A DNA stretch of 64,000 bases from Cyanobacteriota bacterium (GTDB lineage Bacteria > Cyanobacteriota > Cyanobacteriia > Cyanobacteriales > Nostocaceae): assembly GCA_046045965.1 (NCBI GenBank), contig JBJOKS010000014.1, positions 62,008 to 126,007 on the forward strand, read 5' to 3'. The notes under the pieces were generated by a model. The model searched no databases and had not been told where the DNA came from. It was given only the letters and a program-made list of their open reading frames with translations. The translations under genes and the position numbers were made by a program. Shown here piece by piece: positions 18,995 to 29,436 of the stretch; position 1 is the first letter of the stretch, and each line of letters starts with the position of its first letter.

Positions 18995-20365
18995 TTACTC
19001 CCCTTTCAATTTCAAAGCTTCAGTCGTTGACATCCCCTCACTCTGAAGACCAAAATATGATAAAGCTGCACCAGCTTCCGCACGAGTCACCGCTTTTTTA
19101 GGTTGAAAAAGTGTCGTATATCCAAAAACTCTTCTAATATTTGATTGTTCTGCATTTTGAAAATCAGCTAAAATTGCTCTTAATGCTTTGGGGTCAATTT
19201 TTTCTGTATCTTGAAAACCCCAAGTTTGTTTGACAGCTTCTAAATTAGCCGCAGGTAAAGCTTGACGAGTATCTAAAGGAACTTTCCACATTAACAGATT
19301 TTCCCTTGTTAAAGGTGCATCAGGACGAAATAAAACTGCTGTTGCATCTCCAGATAAACTACTAGGAATTAATCCCGCTTCTGCTAATCCTTGAATTGCT
19401 GGAAAATCAGGATCATTAGGTAAAACATCTCTAAAAGCTGGTTGTGTATTTGTTGAAGCCAAGCGAATTTTTTTAGCTGTATTATTAGCATACATGACAT
19501 TATTCGCAGCAACTAACCAGCGAGCATATTCTCTACGAGTAACGATTTTATCAGGTTCAAATTGTTGATTATTTGTTGCGGGAGAATTACTCTTAATTGG
19601 CTTTGATTCTATTGATAAAACCCCCAATTTACCTAAATCTTCAATCTGTTTCCGCCATTCTGGTGGTACTTTATTCAAATCACTAAATTCTTGAGATTCT
19701 GATATTTCAACTCCACTATTCTGCTGATTGACGACATTAACACTGGGTGAAACTGGTCCAACAAATTGGTCATTTCCTGGGGGGGAAACTGTGCCAGAAT
19801 TTGTATTTAAGTTAGGTTTAGTTGCGGCAATACTATTAGGTGTATATTCAATTGTTAATTCTGTGGCTGTTTGCGGTTGATCTGGTGTCGGGTTAGTAAC
19901 TGATTTTGGTTTAATTTCTACTTTCAACAACAAATCATTTCTCTTAACTTCAAAAGTTCCTTCTGTATCATCTTTTGGTTGTTGTAAAACTTGCCAATTC
20001 TGATTTTTAAATTCGCTACTGTAAAAACTGGCAATCATATTGCTGGGGTCAGAACTTTGCCAACGAGTTAAAATTTTATTTTCTGTTGTATTTTCTGAAT
20101 TGTTAACTGGTTGAACTTCTGCTAATTTGGCATTGGGATATATAGGAATTTCTTTAGGAAACTCAGCAGGTAACTGAACTGTAGGTGCAGTTGATATTTC
20201 TGGCTTCTTGGTTGCACCAAAAACCGTAGGGTTGCTTTGCAGTCTGGGATCTGCCGCTAAAGACTGTTCTAGATTTTTAGCGGCTGGTCCGTTAGTACAG
20301 GCTGTTAAGGTAGAGAGCAAAACAGCCATACTGAGAAAGATAGTTGGACGTTTATAAAACACCAC
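18995..20365 (-). CDS. S-layer homology (SLH) domain lipoprotein
   Basis: Lipobox LTAC; SLH motifs FSDL...IEDL, VTRREYARWL, FRPDAPLTRE, VTRAEA. Confidence 0.9.
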   Translation of the reverse strand: MVFYKRPTIFLSMAVLLSTLTACTNGPAAKNLEQSLAADPRLQSNPTVFGATKKPEISTAPTVQLPAEFPKEIPIYPNAKLAEVQPVNNSENTTENKILTRWQSSDPSNMIASFYSSEFKNQNWQVLQQPKDDTEGTFEVKRNDLLLKVEIKPKSVTNPTPDQPQTATELTIEYTPNSIAATKPNLNTNSGTVSPPGNDQFVGPVSPSVNVVNQQNSGVEISESQEFSDLNKVPPEWRKQIEDLGKLGVLSIESKPIKSNSPATNNQQFEPDKIVTRREYARWLVAANNVMYANNTAKKIRLASTNTQPAFRDVLPNDPDFPAIQGLAEAGLIPSSLSGDATAVLFRPDAPLTRENLLMWKVPLDTRQALPAANLEAVKQTWGFQDTEKIDPKALRAILADFQNAEQSNIRRVFGYTTLFQPKKAVTRAEAGAALSYFGLQSEGMSTTEALKLKGE

Positions 20366-20474
20366 AGGAAATTACAAATCTATTTATTATCAACTTCTAC
20401 ACTAGCATTTGGGTTAACAGTTATGAGTTGTCATTAGGTTATTAATCGTCCCCTACCCTCTTCCCAGTCCCCAA

Positions 20475-20998
20475 TTACCTCTTGGAAAAGTTATCATCAA
20501 TCATCTTCAGTGCTAAACTAGGAGTAAAATCTCCTTTAACCTCACCCACAGAGGCAAAAGGATAACGCTCAATAATACTGGGTTGCAATTGATTCTCTAT
20601 AGTATTCCACTGACGACGGTAAGCTGAATCAGGTAACACTCGAAACATTCCCGTGTTACGCAGTTGCCAAAACTGAGCGTAGATTTGTTTTTCTTGGGAA
20701 TTAATGTCGTAAGCAATGGGGAGAACTTCAATAATTCCTGGTCAGAAGCATACAAAGAGCAGTAAATTTGTAATTGAGAATCAGTTAACTGCACAGGTAA
20801 AGCATACTGTTGGGATAATTCTCCTTTTGCGGTACACAAAGTTTTAGGGCTTGGGTACTGACGTTTGAGAAAAATTGCTACAGAATGGTTATGAACAGTT
20901 AATTACCCCCTAACGAATCTCATTTTGTTGGGGTCTAGGCTGCTCAATATTTGCTCAAGTCGAGCAATTCCATAAATCTGCTGCTGTACTAGCCCCAT
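20475..20998 (-). pseudogene. Probable pseudogene of a hypothetical protein
   Basis: ATG 20998 frame has an in-frame TAA after codon 31, continues open, then needs a frameshift near 20740 into an 88-codon frame PGIIEVLPIAY...FWQLRNTGMFRVLPDSAYRRQW...NFSKR*. Confidence 0.4.
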
Positions 20999-21260
20999 GC
21001 CTTTTGGATAAAATATATTGTCTTCTCCAGACTCAGGACTTTAACTCAGGTCTGGTGGCGACTGATATTCTATAGCTAAGGCACAGTTGGGAGCAAAACC
21101 TAGTGTTAAAGGAAGCAAAAGTCCCAAAAAGATTTTTCTCATGTCAAAAACGCCGATCTGAATAGGTGTATGAAAAATCTAAAATAGATATTAAATTGGA
21201 AGAAAACAACGACCATCGACAACCGTCAGTTTATTTGACTTTCTGTAAAGCGTCGCCAGG

Positions 21261-22475
21261 TTGTTACCAGTGCTGAAACAAGATTACATGCAAGTTTCCC
21301 AGGATCAGCCTATCTATTCTGAGGCTCCACTCCAGCTGTTGCTGTTTGTCGATGGACGGCCAAAGTCCCGGCAACAGGTACAGCGAATACGCTCTTACTT
21401 AAGAGAATTAGAAGCAGAGTATAGTTTTGAACTGCAAATTATTGATGTCGGGCAACAACCGTATTTAGCGGAACATTTTAAATTGGTAGCAACGCCCGCT
21501 TTAATCAAAATTCATCCAGAACCTCAACAGACTCTGGCTGGAAGTAACATCATAGCCCAATTGCAAAACTGGTGGCCTCGTTGGCAAACTGCTGTAGACT
21601 TATTTTTAAAGTTACAGGAAGACTTGCAAGATCGTAGAGATGAAAATGTTCGGGTAACATCACCCACATCTACAATACATTCTGTCGCTGTTTCTGCGGA
21701 GTTGATTAAGCTTTCAGATGAAATTTTTCACTTGAAGCAGGAAAAAGAGAAACTTCAAGAACAGTTGCAATTTAAAGACCGGGTGATGTCAATGCTGGCG
21801 CACGACCTCCGTAATCCTTTAACTGCTGCTGCAATAGCTATAGAAACGCTTCAGAATAACTATAATGCAGAGAAGGGAGAGTTTCAACGTCTGAAACCAG
21901 GAATGGCGGAACATTTATTAAAACAAGCCCGTAGTCAAACACGAATAATTGATCGGATGGTTGCTGACCTGTTGCAAGTAGGAAGAGGTAATGATAAACA
22001 GTTCAACATCATACCGCAAAAGTTGGAATTAGGGAAACTAACCTATGAAATATTGGAAGAATTACGCGATCGCTATACTAATAAATCTCAGAAAGTAGAA
22101 ACAGATATCCCCAATGACTTACCCTGTGTATATGCAGATCCAGAGCGCATTCGCCAAGTTTTGGTAAATCTGTTGGATAACGCCATTAAATATACGCCAG
22201 AGGGAGGCATGATTAGTTTAGCGGGACTGCACCGCACAACCCAAAAAGTGCAGTTTAGTATTGGTGATACTGGTCCTGGTATTCCCCAGGAAAACCGCGA
22301 TCGCATCTTTGAAAATCATTTCCGTCTCCAACGGGATGAAGGAACAGATGGTTATGGAATTGGTCTGGCTTTATGCCAACGCATTATTCTAGCGCATTAT
22401 GGTCAAATTTGGGTAGATTCCAACCCTCATGGTGGCGCATGGTTCCATTTTACTTTACCAGTTTATCCATCTTAA
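21261..22475 (+). CDS. sasA: Circadian output histidine kinase SasA (true start probably 21270 or 21288)
   Basis: KaiB-like N-terminus ([15 protein letters not shown]), [10 protein letters not shown]-box, HATPase_c. Confidence 0.93.
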   Translation: MLPVLKQDYMQVSQDQPIYSEAPLQLLLFVDGRPKSRQQVQRIRSYLRELEAEYSFELQIIDVGQQPYLAEHFKLVATPALIKIHPEPQQTLAGSNIIAQLQNWWPRWQTAVDLFLKLQEDLQDRRDENVRVTSPTSTIHSVAVSAELIKLSDEIFHLKQEKEKLQEQLQFKDRVMSMLAHDLRNPLTAAAIAIETLQNNYNAEKGEFQRLKPGMAEHLLKQARSQTRIIDRMVADLLQVGRGNDKQFNIIPQKLELGKLTYEILEELRDRYTNKSQKVETDIPNDLPCVYADPERIRQVLVNLLDNAIKYTPEGGMISLAGLHRTTQKVQFSIGDTGPGIPQENRDRIFENHFRLQRDEGTDGYGIGLALCQRIILAHYGQIWVDSNPHGGAWFHFTLPVYPS

Positions 22476-22480
22476 TTATT

Positions 22481-22560
<80 letters not shown>

Positions 22561-22566
22561 TAAAAA

Positions 22567-22827
22567 ATGCCACATTCATTAATGTATGAACAGGACAACT
22601 TTGTTGTTCTCGAAACAAACCAAGAAGAACAGTTTCTCACAGCAGCAGAGTTATTAGAAAAGTTGAAAAATACTTTACAGCAACTTGCTTTTGATGACTT
22701 ACCACCTGATGTCCAGAAATTTCAGTCAGTCACAGAACAAGCACAATATTTAATTGATACCAGTTGTGAGTTAGATGTTGGACGAGGAAAGTATTTACAG
22801 TGGTATGCAGTGCGATTAGAAAAGTGA
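22567..22827 (+). CDS. Chlororespiratory reduction protein 7 (CRR7) homologue
   Basis: FVVLETNQEEQFLT...YLQWYAVRLEK. Confidence 0.85.
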   Translation: MPHSLMYEQDNFVVLETNQEEQFLTAAELLEKLKNTLQQLAFDDLPPDVQKFQSVTEQAQYLIDTSCELDVGRGKYLQWYAVRLEK

Positions 22828-22900
22828 TTGGGGATTGGGGATTGGGGATTGGGAAAAATATTACCCATTACCCATTACCCATTACCCATTACCCATTACC
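22827..22900. repeat. STRR arrays between convergent genes (TTGGGGA, TTACCCA)
   Basis: Tandem heptamers. Confidence 0.8.
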
Positions 22901-22905
22901 AAAAA

Positions 22906-23454
22906 CTACTGTGGGGTAGTAATTAACTCCAGTTCAATTTTATTTTCACCAGGTTGGGTAATTTTCACCTCAACATTAGGGGCAAAGTATTTAGTCATTT
23001 TCTCCTGTTTTTGTTGCCAAATATCGAGAGGAATAAGAGGCGAATCAAATTCTAAAATTAAAGAATAAGCACCGTTAATCTCTGTTTCTCTCAAACCAGT
23101 CACTATTGGACGTTCTTCATCGCTAGGACTCAGACCCAAGTAAGTCAGCGCCCGATCTAAGTGACCCTCTTGTCCGTAGCAGAAGCGGGTGATGTCCTTG
23201 CGGATTTTATTTTGAGTTACAGTAGCTTGCTGTTTCCTGAGTGCCAATACTGATTCTGTGGTAGTTTGACTAAAGGGTATAGGTTTGAGTTCATTAGCTT
23301 TGAGTGCTAGACCTCCTAGCAATAGAGGAAAGCCATAAAAAAAGCCGACCAAGTTGAGAGTCGCGTTATCCGCAGCATAGGCCACGAAGCCGACAATGGT
23401 TAATATACTACCCAGGGTTAAACCGAGTGTTCCCAAAGAAATGATGCCCAGCAT
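22906..23454 (-). CDS. DUF2854 family membrane protein
   Basis: GFFYGFPLLLGGLALKANELKP...ATVTQNKIRKDITRF. Confidence 0.85.
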   Translation of the reverse strand: MLGIISLGTLGLTLGSILTIVGFVAYAADNATLNLVGFFYGFPLLLGGLALKANELKPIPFSQTTTESVLALRKQQATVTQNKIRKDITRFCYGQEGHLDRALTYLGLSPSDEERPIVTGLRETEINGAYSLILEFDSPLIPLDIWQQKQEKMTKYFAPNVEVKITQPGENKIELELITTPQ

Positions 23455-23596
23455 GATTTAAGGTATTTATTATTTCTTAACATCTTACCCATATCCCCGA
23501 CTTCTTTGAGAAGTTAAGTCTATCTATTCTGATTGATCAGCTTCAGTCCATTTTGCGTTAAGTTTATTTAAGAACAGGAAATATAGAAATAAAACA

Positions 23597-23779
23597 ATGG
23601 ATCTGCAAACAATCAAAGAAAGAATTGCCTCAGTCCAAAGTAAACGTGAATACCTACTGAGTCTACTGGAACAACCCAATTTAGGCACTTTGAGAGTTGA
23701 CGTAAATCAAGCTTTGGAAGAATTAGATGATTTAATTGATGAGTTTAGACGCACCATACCAGAAGCAGAAGCTAATTAA
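23597..23779 (+). CDS. Conserved small hypothetical protein
   Basis: LLEQPNLGTLRVDVNQALEELDDL helical ORF. Confidence 0.75.
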   Translation: MDLQTIKERIASVQSKREYLLSLLEQPNLGTLRVDVNQALEELDDLIDEFRRTIPEAEAN

Positions 23780-23813
23780 GCGAGAATAAAGAATAAATTA
23801 ATAATAAAATATA

Positions 23814-23853
23814 CGTCGGCAACTGTATTTTTACGCAAAAGCCGACGCTTTTT
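23814..23853. terminator. Hairpin terminator
   Basis: CGTCGGC...GCCGACG followed by CTTTTT. Confidence 0.6.
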
Positions 23854-23868
23854 GTTAAATGTAGAATT

Positions 23869-24297
23869 TCAGCCTACAGTTGAATTGTTAGCAGCACGCT
23901 GGCCTAGCTGTCTTACTAAAGCGATGAGTTCAGTGGTCGGTGCATCTTTTTTGCAAACGTCATCAAAGGTAGACATTGCCTTGGTTTGCTGTAAATGTGC
24001 ATCATCTACTGAGGAATAAGCCAGAATTTGAGTATTTGGAGATATGGATTTAATATAACCGGAAGCGCGCCAACCATCCATAACTGGCATATGTAAATCT
24101 AGCACAATTACGTCAGGGTGGGAACATTTGACCATTTCTATAGCTTCTTGACCATTACTAGCTAAACCTACAACTTGCATATTCTCTTGGCAAGAAAAAG
24201 CTAATTGTAGGCTTAAACGAGTTAGTTCGTGATCATCAACCAATAGAACGCGCAAGCAAGAAGACTCAAAGGACAACATTACCATTCCCGGAAACAC
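23869..24297 (-). CDS. Single-domain response regulator (NarL-type receiver)
   Basis: VLLVDDH, VIVLDLHMPVMDG, KK. Confidence 0.88.
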   Translation of the reverse strand: MFPGMVMLSFESSCLRVLLVDDHELTRLSLQLAFSCQENMQVVGLASNGQEAIEMVKCSHPDVIVLDLHMPVMDGWRASGYIKSISPNTQILAYSSVDDAHLQQTKAMSTFDDVCKKDAPTTELIALVRQLGQRAANNSTVG

Positions 24298-24414
24298 AAA
24301 ATTATATACAAGAGTTTCTATAGTGTATGGGAGTGAGTGCCAATCTTGACTCTATCTTACGGTTGAATAAATGGCGTTTTTAGATGAAGTAATCATGAAG
24401 TAATGGGCAAAAAT

Positions 24415-24523
24415 GTCAGAATTCAGAATTCAGAATTCAGGAGTCAGGAGTCAGAATTAATTTTTCACACCCTGTTCCCTGTTCCCTATTCCCTGTTCCC
24501 TGTTCCCTGTTCCCTATTCCCTG
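24415..24523. repeat. STRR arrays (TCAGAAT/TCAGGAG, CCTGTTC)
   Basis: Tandem heptamers. Confidence 0.8.
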
Positions 24524-24524
24524 T

Positions 24525-26690
24525 TTATGTAATGCTTGTAGAACGCAATGCCATAGACATAAGAATTTTTTGAGAATTACCTTCAGGACAATCATCACCG
24601 GGTCGTCTTTGGATATAACTACCATTCGGTTGTAAATCCCAAGCTTGACGATTATCTGCCAACATAATTCCCAGAACTTCTTGCAAATCTTTAGCAATAT
24701 CAGGGTCTCTAATGGGAGTAATAACTTCAACTCGACGATCTAAATTACGACGCATCCAGTCAGCACTACCAATATATATTTCTTCTTGACTATTGTTGTA
24801 GAAGTAAAAAATGCGGGAGTGTTCTAAAAAGCGGCCGATAATGCTAATTACGCGAATATTTTCACTGATGTCTTTAAGTCCAGGACGCAAGCAACATATA
24901 CCCCGGACAATGAGATCAATCTGCACACCAGCGCGAGAAGCTGCATATAAAGTGGCGATAATTTCGGGATCAACAAGGGCGTTCATTTTGGCAACTATGC
25001 GACCAGAAAATCCATTTTGGATATTTTCAATTTCGCGGTTAATCAGTTCGATAAAGCGATCGCGCATATTCACAGGTGCAACTAATATTTCTCGATAAGT
25101 TTTTTGGCGAGAATATCCGGTCAAAAAGTTAAACACATCTGTTAAATCTGCACCTAATTCTTCCCGACAACTCAACAACCCTAAATCTGTATATAGTCGT
25201 GCTGTTTTCGGGTTATAGTTTCCAGTTCCAATATGCACATAACGACGCATTCGGTCTTTTTCGCGCCGTACTACCATGACAATTTTGCTATGGGTTTTTA
25301 GACCGACTAAACCATAAACAACATGGACACCAACTCTTTCTAAACGTCTAGCCCAGTAAATATTATTTTCCTCATCAAACCGCGCCTTTAATTCCACTAA
25401 GACAGAAACTTGTTTGCCATTTTCTGCCGCAGCAATTAAAGCATTAACTATGGGTGAATCTCCAGAAGTTCGGTAAAGAGTCATTTTAATAGCTAATACA
25501 TTGGGGTCCCAGGCTGCATAGGTAATAAAACGTTCTACAGTACCGGAAAATGATTGATAGGGATGATGTAAAAGTAAATCTTTTTCCCGAATTACCGAAA
25601 AAATATCTTTTCCTTCTTCTACTTCTAAGACATCTGGATCTACACAGGGTTCTTTAAGGCGTTGTAAGCGGGAAGGGACTACAGACTGACGTGGTGGTTC
25701 TTTGAGTTCTGGTAATGGTAAAGCCATAAAATACATCAAGTCTCGCAGTCCCAATAAACCATCTACTTGGTAAACATCATTGTCGGTTAATTCTAAATCT
25801 TGTAATAATCTTGAACGCAAAATTTCTGGTGTTTGGGAGCGAATTTCTAACCGGACTGGAGTCCCACCCATGCGACGTTTCCGCAGTTCTTGTTCAATAG
25901 CTAATAATAAATCATCGGCTTCGTCTTCTTCTAGTTCTAAGTCAGCATCACGGGTAATGCGGAAGGGGTGATATTCCTGAATATTCATCCCTGGAAAGAG
26001 GTGTTCTAAATTATGAGCGATCGCCTGTTCCAAAGGTACACCGATCCAGTGAACCGCTTTTCCGTTGTTTTGAATTCCTAACTCTGATGGTAAAGGAATA
26101 AATCGCGGTAACACACTGGGAACTTTAACTCTGGCAAAAAATTCTTCTTCTGTTTCTGGGTTTTTTACCACCACAGCTAAATTTAAACTGAGATTAGAAA
26201 TGTAGGGAAAAGGATGACTAGGATCAACTGCTAAAGGAGTCAACACCGGAAAAATTTGTTCTTTAAAATAGTTATCTAAATAACTCCGCTGTTTATCATT
26301 CATTTCTATGTATTTAATGATATGAATACCATGATTAGCTAACAGCGGTTGGAGAACTTGTTCAAATTGTTCGTTATGTTTTGTTACCAACGGACTCAAG
26401 TGCAACCGAATATCATCTAGTTGTTGTTGCGGTGTGCGACCATCAGGAGTTAAGAGGTTAACCTTTGCTTCTACCTGTTGCTTTAAGGCTGCAACTCGCA
26501 CCATAAAGAACTCATCTAAGTTAGAACTAAAAATAGCTAAAAATTTCAGGCGTTCTAGTAGTGGGGTGCGGTGATCACAAGCCTCATGTAATACTCTACT
26601 ATTAAACTCTAACCAGCTTAACTCGCGGTTGATATAGTATTGTGGATCACTTAAATTAATGCTGGGGTTGGTCTTTTTGGGTTTTGGCAT
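24525..26690 (-). CDS. ppk1: Polyphosphate kinase 1
   Basis: NRELSWLEFN, LLHHPYQSF, ELKARFDEENN, GRFLEHSR, GSADWMRRNLDRRVE. Confidence 0.97.
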   Translation of the reverse strand: MPKPKKTNPSINLSDPQYYINRELSWLEFNSRVLHEACDHRTPLLERLKFLAIFSSNLDEFFMVRVAALKQQVEAKVNLLTPDGRTPQQQLDDIRLHLSPLVTKHNEQFEQVLQPLLANHGIHIIKYIEMNDKQRSYLDNYFKEQIFPVLTPLAVDPSHPFPYISNLSLNLAVVVKNPETEEEFFARVKVPSVLPRFIPLPSELGIQNNGKAVHWIGVPLEQAIAHNLEHLFPGMNIQEYHPFRITRDADLELEEDEADDLLLAIEQELRKRRMGGTPVRLEIRSQTPEILRSRLLQDLELTDNDVYQVDGLLGLRDLMYFMALPLPELKEPPRQSVVPSRLQRLKEPCVDPDVLEVEEGKDIFSVIREKDLLLHHPYQSFSGTVERFITYAAWDPNVLAIKMTLYRTSGDSPIVNALIAAAENGKQVSVLVELKARFDEENNIYWARRLERVGVHVVYGLVGLKTHSKIVMVVRREKDRMRRYVHIGTGNYNPKTARLYTDLGLLSCREELGADLTDVFNFLTGYSRQKTYREILVAPVNMRDRFIELINREIENIQNGFSGRIVAKMNALVDPEIIATLYAASRAGVQIDLIVRGICCLRPGLKDISENIRVISIIGRFLEHSRIFYFYNNSQEEIYIGSADWMRRNLDRRVEVITPIRDPDIAKDLQEVLGIMLADNRQAWDLQPNGSYIQRRPGDDCPEGNSQKILMSMALRSTSIT

Positions 26691-26834
26691 AATTATTTAC
26701 AGGCTATAGTTGGTAGTTAATAGTTGGTAGTTAATTAATCTAATTAATATATTAAGTTTTAGTTAAGAGATATTTAAGAACAGGAAATTTAGCCATTGTC
26801 AGTTGGATGAAAACAGACTTTTAAGCTTTATTTT

Positions 26835-26873
26835 CCCTATTCCCTATTCCCTGTTCCCTGTTCCCTGTTCCCT
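26835..26873. repeat. STRR array (CCCTATT/CCCTGTT)
   Basis: Tandem heptamers upstream of the kinase. Confidence 0.75.
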
Positions 26874-26879
26874 GGTGTC

Positions 26880-28244
26880 ATGTTTCAAGCTACTCGTCGC
26901 CGTCTTGCTCTTTGGTACACTGCTGTTACTGCTATCTTACTACTCTTGTTTGCAACTGGAGTGTATTTATACGTCCGCAGCACTCTAGTTGAAAGGATTG
27001 ATGATACTTTAAATCATGTGGTGGAAGTGGTAGAGCGTTCTTTAGTCATTGAACCTGTAAATTTCCAACCTGATAAACTCCGCGTCAATGTCGAAGCGAG
27101 TTTTCGCAATAATGCAGATGCAGCGGAAGATGACCACATTGACCTAGAATGGTTTAGCTCCACTGGTGAATTACGGTGGTCAACTTTTTCTGAACCTTTA
27201 GATATTCCTATTCATGGTAATACGGGTGAAACTGTACGCTTGGTGGGGATGGGGGGATGGGGAGACTCAGAACTGCTATTGCGACAAGTTACCCATCGGG
27301 TAGAAATGGGAAGACAGGTTTTAGGTTATCTACGGGTGAGTCATCCTTGGTTTGAAGTCACTAAACCCAGTCGTCAGTTAATTTTTGATTTGGGTTTGGG
27401 TACTGGGTTAATGGTGCTGTCAGTAGCTGCTAGTGGTTGGTTTCTGTCTGGTAAAGCTATGGAACCGGTGGGAGAGTCTTATCAACGTCTCAAGCAATTT
27501 ACAGCTGATGCTTCCCATGAACTCAGAAGTCCGATAGCTTTGATTCAAACTAATGTACAAGTGGCGCTGGCTGATTTAGACTTAGAAACCAGTAGTATTT
27601 CTCATTATCGTCAACAATTAAAATTAGTAGAACGACTTACTCAACGTTTGGGTAGGTTGGTGAATGATCTATTGTTTTTAGCACGACAGGATAGTGGTAT
27701 TAGCAAGGTTGTATTTTCAGCTTGTCCTGTGGATGCTTTGTTGATGGAAGTGGTGGAAGAACAACAACTTTTAGCTACAGAAAAGCAAATTAACCTAACT
27801 CTTAATTTAGTTGATCCTCCCTTGGAACTTGATCCAGAATTGCAGGAAAATTGGTTTACTTTGATGGGAAATTGGGATCAATTGGTGCGGTTATGTACAA
27901 ATTTGATTGGTAATGCTTTGCAATATACCCCAACTCAGGGAAATGTACAGGTGGAATTAGCGAGAATTTCACCTATGCGGTATGGTGTTGCTTGTTTACA
28001 AATTAAAATTATTGATACGGGAGTTGGTATTCCTGGTGAGTCTTTACCAAAACTGTTTGATAGATTTTATCGTGTAGATCCAGCGCGTTCTCATCAAAGT
28101 CGGGAAAGTACAACTGGTTCAGGTTTGGGTTTAGCGATCGCTCAAGCTATTGTGGAACATCATCAAGGACAAATTCAAGTCGAAAGTGTTGTTGGTAAAG
28201 GTACTACTTTCATCGTCATTTTACCCATCTCTCTTGAGTATTAA
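26880..28244 (+). CDS. Membrane sensor histidine kinase
   Basis: Two TMs, FTADASHELRSP H-box, NLIGNA, DTGVGI, GSGLGL. Confidence 0.93.
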   Translation: MFQATRRRLALWYTAVTAILLLLFATGVYLYVRSTLVERIDDTLNHVVEVVERSLVIEPVNFQPDKLRVNVEASFRNNADAAEDDHIDLEWFSSTGELRWSTFSEPLDIPIHGNTGETVRLVGMGGWGDSELLLRQVTHRVEMGRQVLGYLRVSHPWFEVTKPSRQLIFDLGLGTGLMVLSVAASGWFLSGKAMEPVGESYQRLKQFTADASHELRSPIALIQTNVQVALADLDLETSSISHYRQQLKLVERLTQRLGRLVNDLLFLARQDSGISKVVFSACPVDALLMEVVEEQQLLATEKQINLTLNLVDPPLELDPELQENWFTLMGNWDQLVRLCTNLIGNALQYTPTQGNVQVELARISPMRYGVACLQIKIIDTGVGIPGESLPKLFDRFYRVDPARSHQSRESTTGSGLGLAIAQAIVEHHQGQIQVESVVGKGTTFIVILPISLEY

Positions 28245-28325
28245 ATTGCAGATTAAATATTCATTCAACATTTGTTTCTTGCGGTAGATGGAGACAAATA
28301 TATTTACTTATTAGCGTAGATATTA

Positions 28326-28488
28326 GAGGATGTTTTAAAAGTCCCTGATGGTGGATCAAATATTTATAGATCCCCCTAAATCCCCCTTCAAAAGGGGGAC
28401 TTTGAAAGAATTTAGCCCCCCTTTATAAGGGGGTTGGGGGGATCATCCAGTGTTTCACATCACAAACCAATACTTTTGAAACAACCTC
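28326..28488. mobile_element. MITE with 17-bp TIRs and TTA duplication (IS5/IS1031-type ends)
   Basis: GAGGATGTTTTAAAAGT ... ACTTTTGAAACAACCTC with TTA on both sides; internal CCCCCTT..AAGGGGG hairpins. Confidence 0.75.
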
Positions 28489-28526
28489 TTATAGTTCAAC
28501 AGAAGAGATAAAAAAATTAGGAACAG

Positions 28527-29393
28527 ATGCCAATTACTATCAGACAAGATATTACCTACACTTTACTCAAAAAGATTAATGAAACTGGTCAGGGAATGCA
28601 CGAAGTTCATTTTAATCAAACTGACTTTCCTGAACATAGAATTACAATAGCTGAATTTTTAGGACATTTAGATTATTTGCATCAAAAACATTATATCAAT
28701 GCTGAATTTACAGGTAATGCTTACGCAACTCAAGAAGATGTTCCTGATTTAATTCATCCCCAAGAATTTGATTTACGAATTCCTAATACTCTTGGCGCAC
28801 CGGATGGACCTTTACCGCATTTGATTACTTTTAAAAAAGCGGAAATGACGGAAAAAGGAAAGAAGTTATTAGATAAATTAGAAGTTAATCCCCCAACAGT
28901 ATCAGAGGAAAAACCAGCAGTAGCTATTGCTGACAAAGATTTACCTTTTTTAGAAAAAGTCATGGCTAAAAGTGGCTTACCAGATATTTTTGATGCACGA
29001 GATTTAACGGAAGTTGTTTTTCGGGTCATGCGGGATTTAATGACAACAGAAGCTGCTGATAGAGTTGAAGCAGAACTGCATGAACCAGCAGAAATAACAA
29101 CAGATAAATCTCTACAATTAGAAATTGCTGATTTATGGCATGATACTAATCCAATTGTGGCATTTATCAGCCGGGTGCGTCCACCTTGGCAAGGTCCAGG
29201 CATTTTTAAAATTGATAGCGATCGCTTTTTATTTCGAGTTGCAAATGAAGGGGGAATGCCGCCAAATGTAGATGCAGAAACAGTAATTAAGTCTGTATTT
29301 TCCGCCACAAAAGATGAATTATCAGCCGAACGAATTCAAGAAGTTTCCACTTGGTTGCCTGATAAAATTCGCCAACTTTGGGAACAAGCTTAA
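28527..29393 (+). CDS. DUF2267 domain protein with N-terminal extension
   Basis: FLEKVMAKSGLPDIFDARDLTEVVFRVMRDLM...VFSATKDELS...WLPDKIRQLWEQA. Confidence 0.8.
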   Translation: MPITIRQDITYTLLKKINETGQGMHEVHFNQTDFPEHRITIAEFLGHLDYLHQKHYINAEFTGNAYATQEDVPDLIHPQEFDLRIPNTLGAPDGPLPHLITFKKAEMTEKGKKLLDKLEVNPPTVSEEKPAVAIADKDLPFLEKVMAKSGLPDIFDARDLTEVVFRVMRDLMTTEAADRVEAELHEPAEITTDKSLQLEIADLWHDTNPIVAFISRVRPPWQGPGIFKIDSDRFLFRVANEGGMPPNVDAETVIKSVFSATKDELSAERIQEVSTWLPDKIRQLWEQA

Positions 29394-29436
29394 GAAGGTG
29401 ACAGAAGTTATTTAGTTTCGACTTTTGACTTTTTAA

